Shown: positions 19,909 through 31,186 of the stretch, piece after piece
How positions within the stretch are numbered: position 1 is the stretch's first letter
Layout of the letters: every line of letters starts with the position of its first letter
Source: an uncultured Ignavibacteriales bacterium
Lineage (GTDB): Bacteria > Zixibacteria > MSB-5A5 > GN15 > FEB-12
Assembly (NCBI GenBank): GCA_964464605.1
Contig: CAYXJN010000003.1
Coordinates: forward strand, 62,001-126,000
Direction of reading: 5' to 3'
DNA: 64,000 nucleotides
Position numbers and translations under genes: made by a program
The notes under the pieces: model-generated
What the model was told of the DNA's origin: nothing
Seen by the model: only the letters and a program-made list of their open reading frames with translations
Databases searched by the model: none

Positions 19909-21009
19909 TTACTGGGTTTCGGAAATCGCTTCTTCGACGATTTGTCGGGGGGAGGAATAAATAGTATCTCGTCGGGAAAGCGGTTTTGGGGCGGAACCGT
20001 TTACGGCAAAAGCCGGATCAACATGGGCGCGAATAAGGGAACGAAGTTCCTCCACGCTCAACCATTCTGTATTGCCGTCACTGCTGTAGCTGTATCCGTT
20101 CTCACAGCGTTTTCCGCCGAAGGTATACATGAACTTGTCGATATCCCAAAGCGGGACGGATGGCAGAATGACAAAGTAATCATCGAACTCGACTGAATTA
20201 TAGGCATCGGTCGGGGTAATCATTTCTTCGTGCAGCTTTTCACCGGGACGGATACCGACACATTCCTGCCGAACGCCGGGGGCGATCGCTTCGGCAACAT
20301 CCAAAATCTTGTAGCTTGGAATTTTCGGAACGAACAATTCCCCGCCCCACATATTGGCTAAGGCATAGAGAACCAGATTGACGCCTTCTTCGAGCGTAAT
20401 ATTGAACCGGGTCATGCGCGGATCCGTAATCGGAATAACACCGCTGTCGCGACGAGCCAAAAAGAAAGGAATCACGCTGCCGCGACTCCCTAATACATTT
20501 CCGTAGCGAACGACGGAAAAGAGGATGTTTCGCTTTCCCTTATAATTGTTCGCGCTGATAAACAATTTATCGGAACAGAGTTTGGTGGCGCCGTACAGAT
20601 TAATCGGCGCGGCTGCTTTGTCGGTACTGAGCGCGACCACTTTTTTCACTCCCCGGTCGATACAGGCTTCAATCACGTTCTGCGCACCGAGCACGTTGGT
20701 TTTGATCGCTTCGAACGGATTATATTCGCAGGCCGGCACCTGTTTTAAGGCGGCAGCATGGATTACTACGTCGATATCCTCCATCGCGCGATAGACACGG
20801 TCTTTATCCCGAACATCACCGACAAAAAAGCGAAGCTGCGGAAAGTCACTCTCCGGATACATCTGGCTCATTTCATACTGCTTGAGCTCATCCCGGGAGA
20901 AAATGACCAAACGGCGGATACGCGGATACCGCGCGAGTACCAACTCCGCAAACTTTTTCCCGAATGATCCTGTACCGCCGGTAACTAAAACCGATTTTCC
21001 GGACAACAT
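19909..21009 (-). CDS. pseB: UDP-N-acetylglucosamine 4,6-dehydratase (inverting)
   Basis: TGGTGSFG, SRDELKQ, HAAALKQVP, STDKA..PINLYGATKL, VRYGNV.GSRGSV, RPGEKLHE. Confidence 0.95.
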   Translation of the reverse strand: MLSGKSVLVTGGTGSFGKKFAELVLARYPRIRRLVIFSRDELKQYEMSQMYPESDFPQLRFFVGDVRDKDRVYRAMEDIDVVIHAAALKQVPACEYNPFEAIKTNVLGAQNVIEACIDRGVKKVVALSTDKAAAPINLYGATKLCSDKLFISANNYKGKRNILFSVVRYGNVLGSRGSVIPFFLARRDSGVIPITDPRMTRFNITLEEGVNLVLYALANMWGGELFVPKIPSYKILDVAEAIAPGVRQECVGIRPGEKLHEEMITPTDAYNSVEFDDYFVILPSVPLWDIDKFMYTFGGKRCENGYSYSSDGNTEWLSVEELRSLIRAHVDPAFAVNGSAPKPLSRRDTIYSSPRQIVEEAISETQ

Positions 21010-21226
21010 GGTTGTACTACCTCCGTTAGATTCAAAGCGTACCGGAACGGGAGATTCGTTTCAACTAAAACTTTGGCTGCAACAGCATGCCGCAAAAGAG
21101 GAAAGCAACGCGCTGTCGCATTGCATTCAGGAATACTTCAAAACCATTTTTTAGCCAAATTTTCTCGCCATTCTTACCCCCTTTCGGGTATACTGAAAAG
21201 ATAAACCGCATAATTCAGGGAAATGC

Positions 21227-22372
21227 GTGCCCCAACGAATTCTCATCGCCGCAGGGTACCTCGGAAACTGGGGGGAAACTGACGGTGTAGTAACGACTTA
21301 TCGGAATCTTATCCCCCGCATCGAACAGGCGGGTATTGTCGCTGATATCTTAGCCTATGGCCCTGCTGATAAAATCGAACGGCATGGTTCCGTCACCCTC
21401 ATCACTCATAAACCACGCATTCCAGTTAAAATCGACCCAACCCGATGGATCGACCCGGTCATCTCATTCTCTCACACTGCTGATATTATCAGACAAAACA
21501 GATATGACCTGGTACAAAGCAGCACACCGGACCCGGCCGGACTTTTCGTACTGAATATCGCCCGCAAGCAGCAATGTCCGATGATAATGATCTACCACAC
21601 CGCTCTTGATCACTATGCGCAGATTCGATACGGCAGAGTTGTCGGTGCGGCAATCGGAAAACTAATGGGCGGGATTATGTCAAAGTACATGAACTGGTAT
21701 TACAATCAATGCGATCTGATTTTAGCTCCATCCCGGCACACCATGGAAGAACTCCGCCCGAAATTCAAACCGGAAGTCGCTGTGCTCTCCCGCGGCGTGA
21801 GTACCGAAAAATTCAATCCACGCTATCGCACCCGAACCGATGCACGGACAAAAGCGCTCTATGTCGGCCGGGTCGCCCCGGAAAAAAATCTCTCTGTTCT
21901 TGTCGATATCTTCAAAAATCGTTCTGATGTCGATTTAGTGGTTGTCGGCGACGGCCCCTATTTACAGGAGATGAAAACAGCGCTACCAAATGCCGAATTT
22001 TTGGGTAAAGTAACCGGCGAACAATTATCGCAGGCATATGCCAACGGAGATTTCTTCGTTTTCCCCTCACGCACCGATACGCTGGGGAATTGTGTGCTGG
22101 AAGCGATGAGTTCCGGGTTGCCGGTAATTGTTTCTGATGCGATGGGACCCAAAGAATTAGTGAAACAAGGAGAGACCGGATTTATCACGACCTCAAATGA
22201 AGATTTCTCCCGATCCGTTAACACGCTCGCAACAGATAGCGGGCGACGACAACGGATGGGACAGGCGGCGCTGGCATCGGCAAAACTTCGCTCCTGGGAT
22301 GAAATTTTCCATCAATTGACCGGCTACTACGATTCACTCACACATAAGCAAACTGCGACCATTCAGGTGTAA
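21227..22372 (+). CDS. GT4-family glycosyltransferase (glycolipid synthase-like)
   Basis: YHT, LYVGRVAPEKN, VVGDGP, FVFPSRTDTLGNCVLEAMSSGLPV. Confidence 0.88.
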   Translation: MPQRILIAAGYLGNWGETDGVVTTYRNLIPRIEQAGIVADILAYGPADKIERHGSVTLITHKPRIPVKIDPTRWIDPVISFSHTADIIRQNRYDLVQSSTPDPAGLFVLNIARKQQCPMIMIYHTALDHYAQIRYGRVVGAAIGKLMGGIMSKYMNWYYNQCDLILAPSRHTMEELRPKFKPEVAVLSRGVSTEKFNPRYRTRTDARTKALYVGRVAPEKNLSVLVDIFKNRSDVDLVVVGDGPYLQEMKTALPNAEFLGKVTGEQLSQAYANGDFFVFPSRTDTLGNCVLEAMSSGLPVIVSDAMGPKELVKQGETGFITTSNEDFSRSVNTLATDSGRRQRMGQAALASAKLRSWDEIFHQLTGYYDSLTHKQTATIQV

Positions 22373-22435
22373 CTAATCTATCGACTCCTTGCTCAGTATG
22401 AAATCAATCGGTACAACAGATTACAAAGGAGTTGT

Positions 22436-22936
22436 ATGAACATACTCAGCATCATTCTACTTTATTTAGCCGCTTTTGTATTACTCATGTTCGTAACCAA
22501 TCATCTCAGTTATAACGTCATGAAGCGGCGGATTCTCAACCGTCAGAAATGGGGACTCAATATCTGTTGCGGGAAAACGGATGGGGGTGGAGTAAATGTC
22601 GATATCGTCAAACATGCCGATGTACCGAATTATATCCAAGTTACCGATGTCTACCATCTCCCTTTTGCCGATAAACAATTTGATACCGTGCTCTCATCGC
22701 ATACGATTGAGCATGTCGATGATCCGAAACGGTTCTTCGATGAACTGAGCCGGGTCGGTAAAGAGGTAACGCTGGTCATCCCACCCCTCTGGGATATTTC
22801 GGCTGCACTCAATTTACTCGAGCACCGCCATATTTTTTTGACGTTGACCAAAGAACACCGCACCCTCCCCTCGCATGTCGTTTTGCCCTTCGCCGCTGCC
22901 ATCCAACGGCTTATCGGTCAGCGCATCCATGCGTAA
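22436..22936 (+). CDS. Membrane-anchored methyltransferase-domain protein
   Basis: N-terminal TM, LNICCG, LPFADKQFD..SHTIEHVDDP. Confidence 0.75.
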   Translation: MNILSIILLYLAAFVLLMFVTNHLSYNVMKRRILNRQKWGLNICCGKTDGGGVNVDIVKHADVPNYIQVTDVYHLPFADKQFDTVLSSHTIEHVDDPKRFFDELSRVGKEVTLVIPPLWDISAALNLLEHRHIFLTLTKEHRTLPSHVVLPFAAAIQRLIGQRIHA

Positions 22937-23039
22937 GCTGCACCCATAACGAAAAAATAATATTCCTGAAACACGCAGGTAATTTGGAGAATCGTTTTTT
23001 GCCCTGTCATTAGGAGGCACACTAAACAGGAGCAAGAAG

Positions 23040-23216
23040 ATGCCAAACCGGCCACGGAAATTTTCACGGCGCACCGTCAACTCGAAAGAGTGCTGGCACA
23101 CCTATGGATTACAATCGCTGCCACCCGCCAAATTCGCGAGCGTGGTCAAAAAGATCATGCTTGATCCATCACTGCTTGTCGCAGCGCGAGCCAATGAAAC
23201 CCTGGGTGTGAGATAA
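23040..23216 (+). CDS. Putative 58-aa small protein (below ORF-track cutoff)
   Basis: AGGAG SD 7 nt before ATG; MPNRPRKFSRR...NETLGVR; fills the gap before csaA. Confidence 0.4.
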   Translation: MPNRPRKFSRRTVNSKECWHTYGLQSLPPAKFASVVKKIMLDPSLLVAARANETLGVR

Positions 23217-23229
23217 AAAATACGAGAGA

Positions 23230-23571
23230 TTAGTACAACCGGCCGCCGATTTCGGCTTCATCAACCGGACGTGCCATTGACAGTCCGCCGCCGACTTTCG
23301 GAATACCGAGCACGAGTACTTCGGACATAAACCCGCCGATATTTTTCGGCGCAAAATTCACGACGGCGAGGCATTGCTTGTTGAGCAACTGCTCGACTGA
23401 ATAATCGGATTTAAACCGGGCAGAGGAGCGCTTGATGCCGATTTCCGGCCCGAAATCGATCGTCAATTTATAGGAGGGAATTTTGGCGCGCTCGAAATCT
23501 TCGATGGCGATAATTTTGCCGACCCGAATGTCGACTTTCTCAAAATCTTCGTAAGATATAGTCTGAGTCAT
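23230..23571 (-). CDS. csaA: CsaA/Trbp111-type tRNA-binding OB-fold protein
   Basis: FEKVDIRVGKI, IDFGPEIGIKRSSA, VVNFAPKNIGGFMSEVLVLG. Confidence 0.88.
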   Translation of the reverse strand: MTQTISYEDFEKVDIRVGKIIAIEDFERAKIPSYKLTIDFGPEIGIKRSSARFKSDYSVEQLLNKQCLAVVNFAPKNIGGFMSEVLVLGIPKVGGGLSMARPVDEAEIGGRLY

Positions 23572-23611
23572 TTCGTACCATTACCGACAACAGTTAACAA
23601 AAGCAGCAAAG

Positions 23612-25414
23612 CTACCGTTCAATCTTCAATGCCGCCAAGAAAGCCTCCTGCGGAATTTCCACACTGCCTAACTGCTTCATCCGCTTCTTTCCTTCTTTCT
23701 GGCGTTCCAGCAGTTTTCGTTTACGGCTGATATCACCACCGTAACATTTCGCCGTTACGTTTTTACGAAGCGGCTTAACGGTCGAGCGGGAAATAATCCG
23801 GCTGCCGATAGCTGCCTGAATAACGACTTCGAACATCTGCCGCGGTATCAGGTCTCGCAGTTTTTCACCGAGATTCATCCCCCAATTATAGGCGCGGTCA
23901 CGATGAATAATTACTGAGAGCGCGTCCACCGGATCGCCATTAATCAGAATATCCAGTTTTACCAGATTGGAACGACGATAATAGGGCAATCCGTAATCGA
24001 ACGAGGCATACCCGCGCGTTCCGGATTTCAGTTTGTCATAAAAATCGAAAATGATTTCTGAAAGTGGGAAGGCATACGATAAATTCGCACGAACAGGCGA
24101 TATATAGTCGGTCGTTTTGTATTCACCCCGCCGTTCAGTGGAAAGTTTCATGATCGCGCCGATATATTCCGACGGGGAAATCACCTGTGCATCGACATAC
24201 GGCTCTTCGACGTAATCAATTTCCTGTACCGGCGGCATTTCGGATGGGTTATCGACTTTTATCATCTCACCGTTCGTTTTATAGACATGATATTCCACGT
24301 TCGGAACGGTATTGATAAGCGTCTGATTATATTCACGCGACAACCGCTCGGTCACGATTTCCATATGCAACAATCCAAGAAACCCGACACGGAAACCGAA
24401 TCCCAAAGCCGAAGATGATTCCGGCGTAAAGGACAATGATGAATCATTCAGTTTTAATTTTTCAAGCGAGTCACGCAGCTCGGTGAAATCTTCCGCTACC
24501 GCCGGATAAAGACCGGAAAACACCATCGGTTTGACATCAACGAACCCCGGCAAGGGTTCATCGGCCGGATTGTTTTCATGCGTAATCGTATCGCCGATTT
24601 TGGTGTCGGCAACTTCTTTGATCGAGGCGACAAAATATCCGACGTTTCCGGCACCGAGCTCTTCAAGCGGCATCGTTTTAAGGCGTAAAAACCCGACCTC
24701 ATCGACATCGAATGCTTTTCCGGTCGAGAAAAATTGGATTTTATCCCCTTTTTTGAAACGGCCGTTGACGACTTTCACGAACGGCATAGCGCCACGGTAG
24801 GCGTCATAAATCGAATCGAAAATCATTGCCTGAAGCGGCGCATCCAGATTCCCTTTCGGCGACGGTATCTGCTTGACGATAGCCTCCAAAAGTTCATCGA
24901 TACCGATTCCCATTTTCGCCGAGCAGCGAATCACTTCTTCATTTTTGCAGCCCAAGAGATCGACAATTTCCTGCACCACTACATCCGGCTGGGCGGCCGG
25001 TAAATCGATTTTGTTGACGACCGGAAGAATTTCTAAATTATTTTCCATCGCCAAATACAAATTGGAAAGCGTCTGCGCTTCGATTCCCTGCGAAGCATCG
25101 ACCACCAAAATCGCGCCTTCGCAGGCGGATAATGAACGGCTGACTTCGTACGTGAAATCGACGTGGCCGGGAGTATCAATAAGGTTCAAAACATACTGCT
25201 TTTTGTCCCGGGCGGTGTAGTCCAGACGGATGGCGTGGGCTTTGATAGTAATCCCGCGCTCCCGCTCTAAATCCATGGAATCGAGCACCTGCGCCTTCAT
25301 TTCCCGGTCGGAAATAGTTCGGGTGTTTTGCAGCAACCGGTCGGCAAGGGTCGATTTCCCATGGTCGATATGGGCGATAATCGAAAAATTGCGGATATAA
25401 TTCAAATCAGACAT
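23612..25414 (-). CDS. lepA: Elongation factor 4
   Basis: [51 protein letters not shown]. Confidence 0.98.
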   Translation of the reverse strand: MSDLNYIRNFSIIAHIDHGKSTLADRLLQNTRTISDREMKAQVLDSMDLERERGITIKAHAIRLDYTARDKKQYVLNLIDTPGHVDFTYEVSRSLSACEGAILVVDASQGIEAQTLSNLYLAMENNLEILPVVNKIDLPAAQPDVVVQEIVDLLGCKNEEVIRCSAKMGIGIDELLEAIVKQIPSPKGNLDAPLQAMIFDSIYDAYRGAMPFVKVVNGRFKKGDKIQFFSTGKAFDVDEVGFLRLKTMPLEELGAGNVGYFVASIKEVADTKIGDTITHENNPADEPLPGFVDVKPMVFSGLYPAVAEDFTELRDSLEKLKLNDSSLSFTPESSSALGFGFRVGFLGLLHMEIVTERLSREYNQTLINTVPNVEYHVYKTNGEMIKVDNPSEMPPVQEIDYVEEPYVDAQVISPSEYIGAIMKLSTERRGEYKTTDYISPVRANLSYAFPLSEIIFDFYDKLKSGTRGYASFDYGLPYYRRSNLVKLDILINGDPVDALSVIIHRDRAYNWGMNLGEKLRDLIPRQMFEVVIQAAIGSRIISRSTVKPLRKNVTAKCYGGDISRKRKLLERQKEGKKRMKQLGSVEIPQEAFLAALKIER

Positions 25415-25491
25415 AGTTTCTTTTCATTTTGTCACGGGTTTCAAGAGGGCAAGTATAGAGGGAATGACACGGGAAGTCAAACAACAGTATA

Positions 25492-26250
25492 TCAGGATTG
25501 TTTTTTGAAATATGCGGCCAGCCGCTCACGAAATTCCGATTTCGGAATATCGGAATCCATGACTCCTTCACAGACAATCGAAATTGCGCTGGTTTCCTCG
25601 GAAACAACCACCACCACGGCATCTGACTGTTCACTTACGCCGATAGCAGCCTTGTGTCGCATACCGTACAGTTTTTTGTAACGCGGATCGGCAGTTAAAG
25701 GAAGCGATGCCGCCGCCGCAACAATCGTGTTGCCGGAAATAATCACGGCGCCATCATGCAGCGGGGTGTAGGGTGTAAACAATGTTACCAATAGTTCGGA
25801 TGATACTTCTGCGTTAATTGCTTTTCCCGATTCCGCAAAATTCCGCAGGCCGGTTTTTCGTTCGATGATGATTAATCCACCATAGCGGAGCTCCGACAAG
25901 CGAATCGCTGCGCGCGTGACTGACTCTAACCATTTTCGCCGCTCACTGACGCCAAACCCGCGCCAAAGTGGGCTTTCCCCCCAGCGCGCCAGGACCGTTC
26001 GCAATTCCGGTTGAAACACGATAACTAACACGATAAGCCCGAATGTTGCCAAATTGGAAAAGAGCCAGGTAAGCCCCTCCAATTGAAACCAGTAGGCGAC
26101 AAAGGCAACAATGAAAATAAAGGAGAGCCCTGCCGTTATCTGCGCCGAACGTGTGCCCTTCATCAGTTTGAGAACTTCATAGATAATCACCGACACAATC
26201 AGAATGTCGAGAATATCTTTCCAGCCAAACTGTATGAATTCAAACTGCAT
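25492..26250 (-). CDS. cdaA: Diadenylate cyclase CdaA
   Basis: Three N-terminal TMs, VFQPELR, PLHDGAV, GMRHKAA, VSEETS. Confidence 0.93.
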   Translation of the reverse strand: MQFEFIQFGWKDILDILIVSVIIYEVLKLMKGTRSAQITAGLSFIFIVAFVAYWFQLEGLTWLFSNLATFGLIVLVIVFQPELRTVLARWGESPLWRGFGVSERRKWLESVTRAAIRLSELRYGGLIIIERKTGLRNFAESGKAINAEVSSELLVTLFTPYTPLHDGAVIISGNTIVAAAASLPLTADPRYKKLYGMRHKAAIGVSEQSDAVVVVVSEETSAISIVCEGVMDSDIPKSEFRERLAAYFKKQS

Positions 26251-26252
26251 GT

Positions 26253-27134
26253 TTATTCCTGTTTATCCGTAACTGCTTCGAGCAGGCGAAGCGCCTGTAC
26301 CGTTTCGGCAACATCATGAACCCGTACGATCGCCGCGCCGCGCTGCACACTAATAAGTGCCGCGGTCAGTGAACCGCCCAAGCGACTATCGGCCGGTATA
26401 TGAGTACCCATCAGTTTCTCAATAAAGCTCTTTCGTGATACGCCGACAAGTACCGGGCAATTGAGTGTTGTGAACATCTGCAAATGTTTCAAAATCGCCA
26501 GATTATCTTCCAAACGCTTTCCGAATCCGATACCGGGATCAATAATAATACGATCATGGGCTATCCCATTTAGTTCGCAAAATTCCTTTCGCTCTTGTAG
26601 AAAGACAATAATCTCCTTCACAACGCTATCATACTGCGGCGCCTGTTGCATTGTCTGCGGTGTCCCTTGCATATGCATCAGTATCACCGGCACTTGAGAT
26701 TCACGCACGACCGCCGCCATCTCACTGTCAAACGAAAGTGCGGAGATATCGTTGATGATATCCGCACCGGCTGCTATCGCCGCTCTGGCGACGCTTGCTT
26801 TAGTCGTGTCGATTGAAATCGGTATATCGCTTTCTGTACGAATCGCGGCGATTACCGGTACTACCCGTTTTCGTTCTTCTTCGGCTGAAACCTGCTCTGC
26901 ACCGGGACGAGTCGATTCTCCGCCGATATCGATAATCGCCGCCCCTTCTGTTTCCATTCGTACTGCTTGCGCGACCGCGGAATCAATTGAGTTAAATTTA
27001 CCGCCATCCGAAAATGAATCCGGAGTACAATTGAGAATCCCCATCACCAGCGGATGAGCAAACGAAAGCGTTCTACCGCGCGCTAAACACATTTCGCCCG
27101 GGGATTTCAATTCTGTCACGGTCACGTTCTTCAT
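26253..27134 (-). CDS. folP: Dihydropteroate synthase
   Basis: MGILNCTPDSFSDGG, DIGGESTRPG, DPGIGFGK, SRKSF, VRVHDV; exact start uncertain. Confidence 0.95.
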   Translation of the reverse strand: MKNVTVTELKSPGEMCLARGRTLSFAHPLVMGILNCTPDSFSDGGKFNSIDSAVAQAVRMETEGAAIIDIGGESTRPGAEQVSAEEERKRVVPVIAAIRTESDIPISIDTTKASVARAAIAAGADIINDISALSFDSEMAAVVRESQVPVILMHMQGTPQTMQQAPQYDSVVKEIIVFLQERKEFCELNGIAHDRIIIDPGIGFGKRLEDNLAILKHLQMFTTLNCPVLVGVSRKSFIEKLMGTHIPADSRLGGSLTAALISVQRGAAIVRVHDVAETVQALRLLEAVTDKQE

Positions 27135-27176
27135 TACGTAAGTAAAGTACAACAAATACGGGATTATTGGTAAAAC

Positions 27177-27206
27177 AAAAAAGCCAGTGACGAATATCAC
27201 CGGCTT
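27177..27206 (-). terminator. Terminator-like hairpin after ftsH
   Basis: Minus strand AAGCCGGTGA-TATTCG-TCACTGGCTT followed by TTTT. Confidence 0.7.
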
Positions 27207-27232
27207 AGAAAAGTCAGAACAAAGTAGGTTGA

Positions 27233-29182
27233 CTATGCCGGTGCAGGAGCCGCAACCGGTTCCATATCGCCTGAGGCGCGGCCGATAATGACATCGACTT
27301 CACGACCGTCGATAATCTCTTTTTCCAAAAGCGCTTTGGACAAGGCATGCAGTTTTTCGACATTCTTGGTCAAAATCTCACGCGCTTTATCCTCGGCCCG
27401 TTCGATAAATCCGCGAACCTCCTCGTCGATAATTACCGCAGTCGCTTCGGAATAATCTTTGGTATGCGCCATTTCACGACCGAGGAAAATATGCTCTTCG
27501 GTACGACCAAACGTTACCGGACCGACCTTTTCAGACATTCCCCAGTTACAGACCATCTTGCGGGCCAATTTCGTCGCCCGTTCCAGATCATTACCTGCTC
27601 CGGTATCGAGCTGGTTGAACACAATCAACTCGGCAACACGGCCGCCCAAAAGAACAGCGAGCGTCGATTCAAGATAATCGCGCGAGTGTGTATGCCGTTC
27701 ATCCACCGGCAATGATTGCGTAACACCGAGCGCCATTCCGCGCGGAATAATTGTGACCTTATGAATCGGATCGGCTTTCGGCAGGAATTTGGCAACCAAG
27801 GTGTGACCCGCTTCGTGATAGGCGATAACTTTCTTTTCTTCATCGGAAATCACAAGTGATTTACGCGCAGAACCCATCAGCACTTTATCCCGCGCCTCTT
27901 CGAAATCATCCATCATGACTGAATCACGATTACGGCGTGAGGCTAAAAGCGCCGCTTCATTGACCATATTCGCCAAATCCGCACCGGACATGCCCGGAGT
28001 CGCTTTCGCTAAAATCGGAATATCGACATCGGTACCAAGTTTCACTTTGCGAACATGAACGCGAAGAATGCCTTCACGCCCTTTCACATCCGGCGGGGCA
28101 ACGACAATCTGCCGGTCGAAACGGCCCGGGCGCAGGAGCGCCGGGTCGAGCACATCCGGACGGTTAGTGGCCGCTATGAGAATGACACCTTCGTTCGATT
28201 CGAAACCATCCATCTCAACCAACAACTGATTGAGTGTTTGCTCACGTTCATCATGCCCGCCGCCTAAACCGGCGCCGCGATGACGACCGACGGCATCGAT
28301 TTCATCGATAAAAATAATGCACGGTGCATTCCGCTTCCCTTGTTCAAACAAATCGCGTACACGGCTGGCGCCGACACCAACGAACATTTCAACGAAATCG
28401 GAACCGGACATCGAGAAAAACGGCACACCCGCTTCTCCGGCAACGGCCCGCGCCAACAATGTCTTTCCGGTACCGGGAGGGCCCAATAACAACGCACCTT
28501 TCGGAATTTTTCCACCCAAGCGTTGGAATTTACCCGGCTCTTTCAGAAACTCGATAATCTCCTGAAGCTCCTCTTTCGCTTCATCGGCACCGGCAACATC
28601 GCTGAAGGTTACTTTCGGACGTTCATCCGTCATCAGTTTCGCTTTGCTTTTACCGAAACTGAATAAGCCTTTCGGGCCGGATGCTCCCTGCATCTGCCGG
28701 AAGAAGAAAAACCAGATACCGATCAATAGAATCCAGGGACCGATGGTGAGCAGCAATTGGAAAACACCGGTGCTTTGCTCTTTGGCAATAATTTTTGCTC
28801 CGGCCAGCTCTAGTTTGTTAACGACTTCATAATTGGTATCCGGAAACGGGATACGGGTTTTAAACCGGGTCGCTTCTTTTTCCTTGGAAACTGCGAACTT
28901 GGTCGGCTTGGTTAAGACACCTTCGATTTGCCGCTCGGTGAAGGTAGCTTCCGCTATGTTTTTTGCCTCGACCTGCTGGATGAATTCGGTATAGGTAATT
29001 TCAGCAACCGACTGCGTGGCGCTGCTGTACAAATTCCAGACGAGAATCATCACCAAAGCGAATCCGAGCCAGAAAATCAATGACCTACCGGGACCTTTCA
29101 TGAAACCCGGTTCTTTGGGACGCTCCCCTTTATTTTTTATCTGCCGTGGAGAATTTTTGCGCGGCGATTCGAAGTCTGACAT
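27233..29182 (-). CDS. ftsH: ATP-dependent zinc metalloprotease FtsH
   Basis: Two TMs, [30 protein letters not shown]. Confidence 0.98.
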   Translation of the reverse strand: MSDFESPRKNSPRQIKNKGERPKEPGFMKGPGRSLIFWLGFALVMILVWNLYSSATQSVAEITYTEFIQQVEAKNIAEATFTERQIEGVLTKPTKFAVSKEKEATRFKTRIPFPDTNYEVVNKLELAGAKIIAKEQSTGVFQLLLTIGPWILLIGIWFFFFRQMQGASGPKGLFSFGKSKAKLMTDERPKVTFSDVAGADEAKEELQEIIEFLKEPGKFQRLGGKIPKGALLLGPPGTGKTLLARAVAGEAGVPFFSMSGSDFVEMFVGVGASRVRDLFEQGKRNAPCIIFIDEIDAVGRHRGAGLGGGHDEREQTLNQLLVEMDGFESNEGVILIAATNRPDVLDPALLRPGRFDRQIVVAPPDVKGREGILRVHVRKVKLGTDVDIPILAKATPGMSGADLANMVNEAALLASRRNRDSVMMDDFEEARDKVLMGSARKSLVISDEEKKVIAYHEAGHTLVAKFLPKADPIHKVTIIPRGMALGVTQSLPVDERHTHSRDYLESTLAVLLGGRVAELIVFNQLDTGAGNDLERATKLARKMVCNWGMSEKVGPVTFGRTEEHIFLGREMAHTKDYSEATAVIIDEEVRGFIERAEDKAREILTKNVEKLHALSKALLEKEIIDGREVDVIIGRASGDMEPVAAPAPA

Positions 29183-29271
29183 TTTTTACTTACCACTCTT
29201 TTCTTAATTTTTTAGTGCTGTGTTTCACAGCCTCATCTTCTTAGACACAAAACTATGATGAAAAGTTGCTC

Positions 29272-29826
29272 TTATTTTTTCTCTACGACTTTCCCGATAA
29301 ACGGCAAGTTTCGGTAACGCTGCGTGTTATCCAAACCGTAGCCGATCAAAAAGTCATTCCCGACCGTAAAACCGACATACTTGAGCTCAAAAGCCGAAGT
29401 ACGGCGGCTGGCCGGTTTATCAATCAATGTAACAATTGCGACCGATGCCGGTTCCTGACGGGAAATCGTCTTCAAAATTTCAGCCATTGTTTTCCCGGTA
29501 TCGACAATCCCCTCAACGATTAAGACATGTCGTCCTTTCAGCGGAATCGCCAGCGAGTCCTCAAACAGTACCGGCTGGCCTGAACGCATTCCCCGGCGAT
29601 ACGATGAAGCGGAAATAAACTCCATTTCAATCGGTATACGAATTTGCCGCACCAAATCAGACATGAAAATAACGCAGCCTTTCAAAACGCCAAGCAATAC
29701 CGGCATGGTATGCTTGTAATCCTGCGTTATCTGCGAGCCCAGTTCTCCGATACGCCGGGAAATGGTCGCCTGATCGAGCAAAAGCTCAAACGGAAGCTGC
29801 TGTATTTCTTTTTCAGCGGTTTTCAT
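29272..29826 (-). CDS. hpt: Hypoxanthine phosphoribosyltransferase
   Basis: GVLKG, SSY, VLIVEGIVDTG (variant PRPP motif), GYGLD..RYRNLP; tilS-hpt-ftsH synteny. Confidence 0.9.
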   Translation of the reverse strand: MKTAEKEIQQLPFELLLDQATISRRIGELGSQITQDYKHTMPVLLGVLKGCVIFMSDLVRQIRIPIEMEFISASSYRRGMRSGQPVLFEDSLAIPLKGRHVLIVEGIVDTGKTMAEILKTISRQEPASVAIVTLIDKPASRRTSAFELKYVGFTVGNDFLIGYGLDNTQRYRNLPFIGKVVEKK

Positions 29827-31186
29827 ATCGTAATCGAATCAGTCGTTTGGTATTTTTCGTAACTTTTACGCGTTCGGCGATAGTGAATCCCGGCAGCCAC
29901 ACAATTCCTGCTTCATCACACATCACCGGAACTTCATCCCGAAACAACGCCGGAACTTTCCGGTCGGTTAGTATATCCGCAACCTTCTTCGTTCCCTTCA
30001 TTCCCAAGGGCTGAAAACGATCCCCCGGCCGAACGTTACGCAACGAAAGCTCACCCTGCACCGCGTCGGTATCGAGCGTCGCGCGAAAGCTGTCCTTTGT
30101 ATATATCGGCGTTTTGCCGGTTCTCGTTTGCACTCTGCGGGTGACTACAGAACTAAGCTCCGGAACTGCCGTAGACGGTCTGGTCATACGATGCTCAAAC
30201 TGCTGTTTCCGACGGACAAAAAGAACCAATTTCCCGTCCACATGCTCGGCGGAAACTCGTCCGGAAAGCATAACTGGCCGGGACATCGGGTTAAGGCAGA
30301 ATGAATCAAGTCGCTCCACAGTCTCCCAATCGACGCCGGCATCCGTACCGATTACATGTTCCAAACAATACCGTAAAAGCCTGCGTCTAAGCCACAAATC
30401 ATATTGGGGATAACGGGATAAGGCAAGTTGAATCTTCCCTCCCGGCGTACGGGAAACTAAACGGGTAGAATACTGACCGGCAACCTGCTTAATATACCCC
30501 TCTTCAGCCGCCAATATCTCCGAAAGCCTGAGAATCGCCTTGTCGGCTGACGGGTTCAGTCGCTTTCTCACGGCGGGAAGCAAAGAATGACGGATATAAT
30601 TTCGTCGGAATTGTTCATTGGCATTTGAGGAATCAACCCGATACGCAACCTTGTGTCGCTTGAGATAGGTTAGGATTTCAGCTTTGGAAACATCATACAA
30701 CGGCCGGATTACCTGCCCTCGTTTTACCGGTATGCCGACCAATCCGGTTGGGCCGGTTCCCCGGAACAGGCGAAAAAGAATCGTTTCAACCCGGTCATCC
30801 TGATGATGTCCGACGGCGATTTTGGTGCAGTTCAGCGTTTTGCTTAACAGGTCAAAGGTATGATAGCGAACTAACCTGCCCGCTTCCTCTAAGCCGATCC
30901 CTTCCTCCTGGGCAAACGCGGGGACACTCTCACTCACTACAACAAACGGGATCCGAAGCTTTTGGCATAGTTTCTCACAAAACTTTTCTTCCTGACTCGC
31001 TGCTTTTGGCCTGATCTGATGATTCACGTAAACGGCGTGTATCTTCAATTTGAGCCGTCGTTTTAGCGCAGTGAGGACGTGCAGTAAGGCCACCGAATCC
31101 GGTCCACCGGAAAGGCCGACTAAAATTACGTCGTTTGGGCGTATCAGTTCATACCGCCCTAAAGTTGCAAGAACTTTCTCTTTCAT
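29813..31186 (-). CDS. tilS: tRNA(Ile)-lysidine synthetase
   Basis: SGGPDSVALL, GHHQDDRVET, RGTG, IRPL, DSSN, RNYIR; start placed at MKEKVL. Confidence 0.95.
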   Translation of the reverse strand: MKEKVLATLGRYELIRPNDVILVGLSGGPDSVALLHVLTALKRRLKLKIHAVYVNHQIRPKAASQEEKFCEKLCQKLRIPFVVVSESVPAFAQEEGIGLEEAGRLVRYHTFDLLSKTLNCTKIAVGHHQDDRVETILFRLFRGTGPTGLVGIPVKRGQVIRPLYDVSKAEILTYLKRHKVAYRVDSSNANEQFRRNYIRHSLLPAVRKRLNPSADKAILRLSEILAAEEGYIKQVAGQYSTRLVSRTPGGKIQLALSRYPQYDLWLRRRLLRYCLEHVIGTDAGVDWETVERLDSFCLNPMSRPVMLSGRVSAEHVDGKLVLFVRRKQQFEHRMTRPSTAVPELSSVVTRRVQTRTGKTPIYTKDSFRATLDTDAVQGELSLRNVRPGDRFQPLGMKGTKKVADILTDRKVPALFRDEVPVMCDEAGIVWLPGFTIAERVKVTKNTKRLIRLRYENR

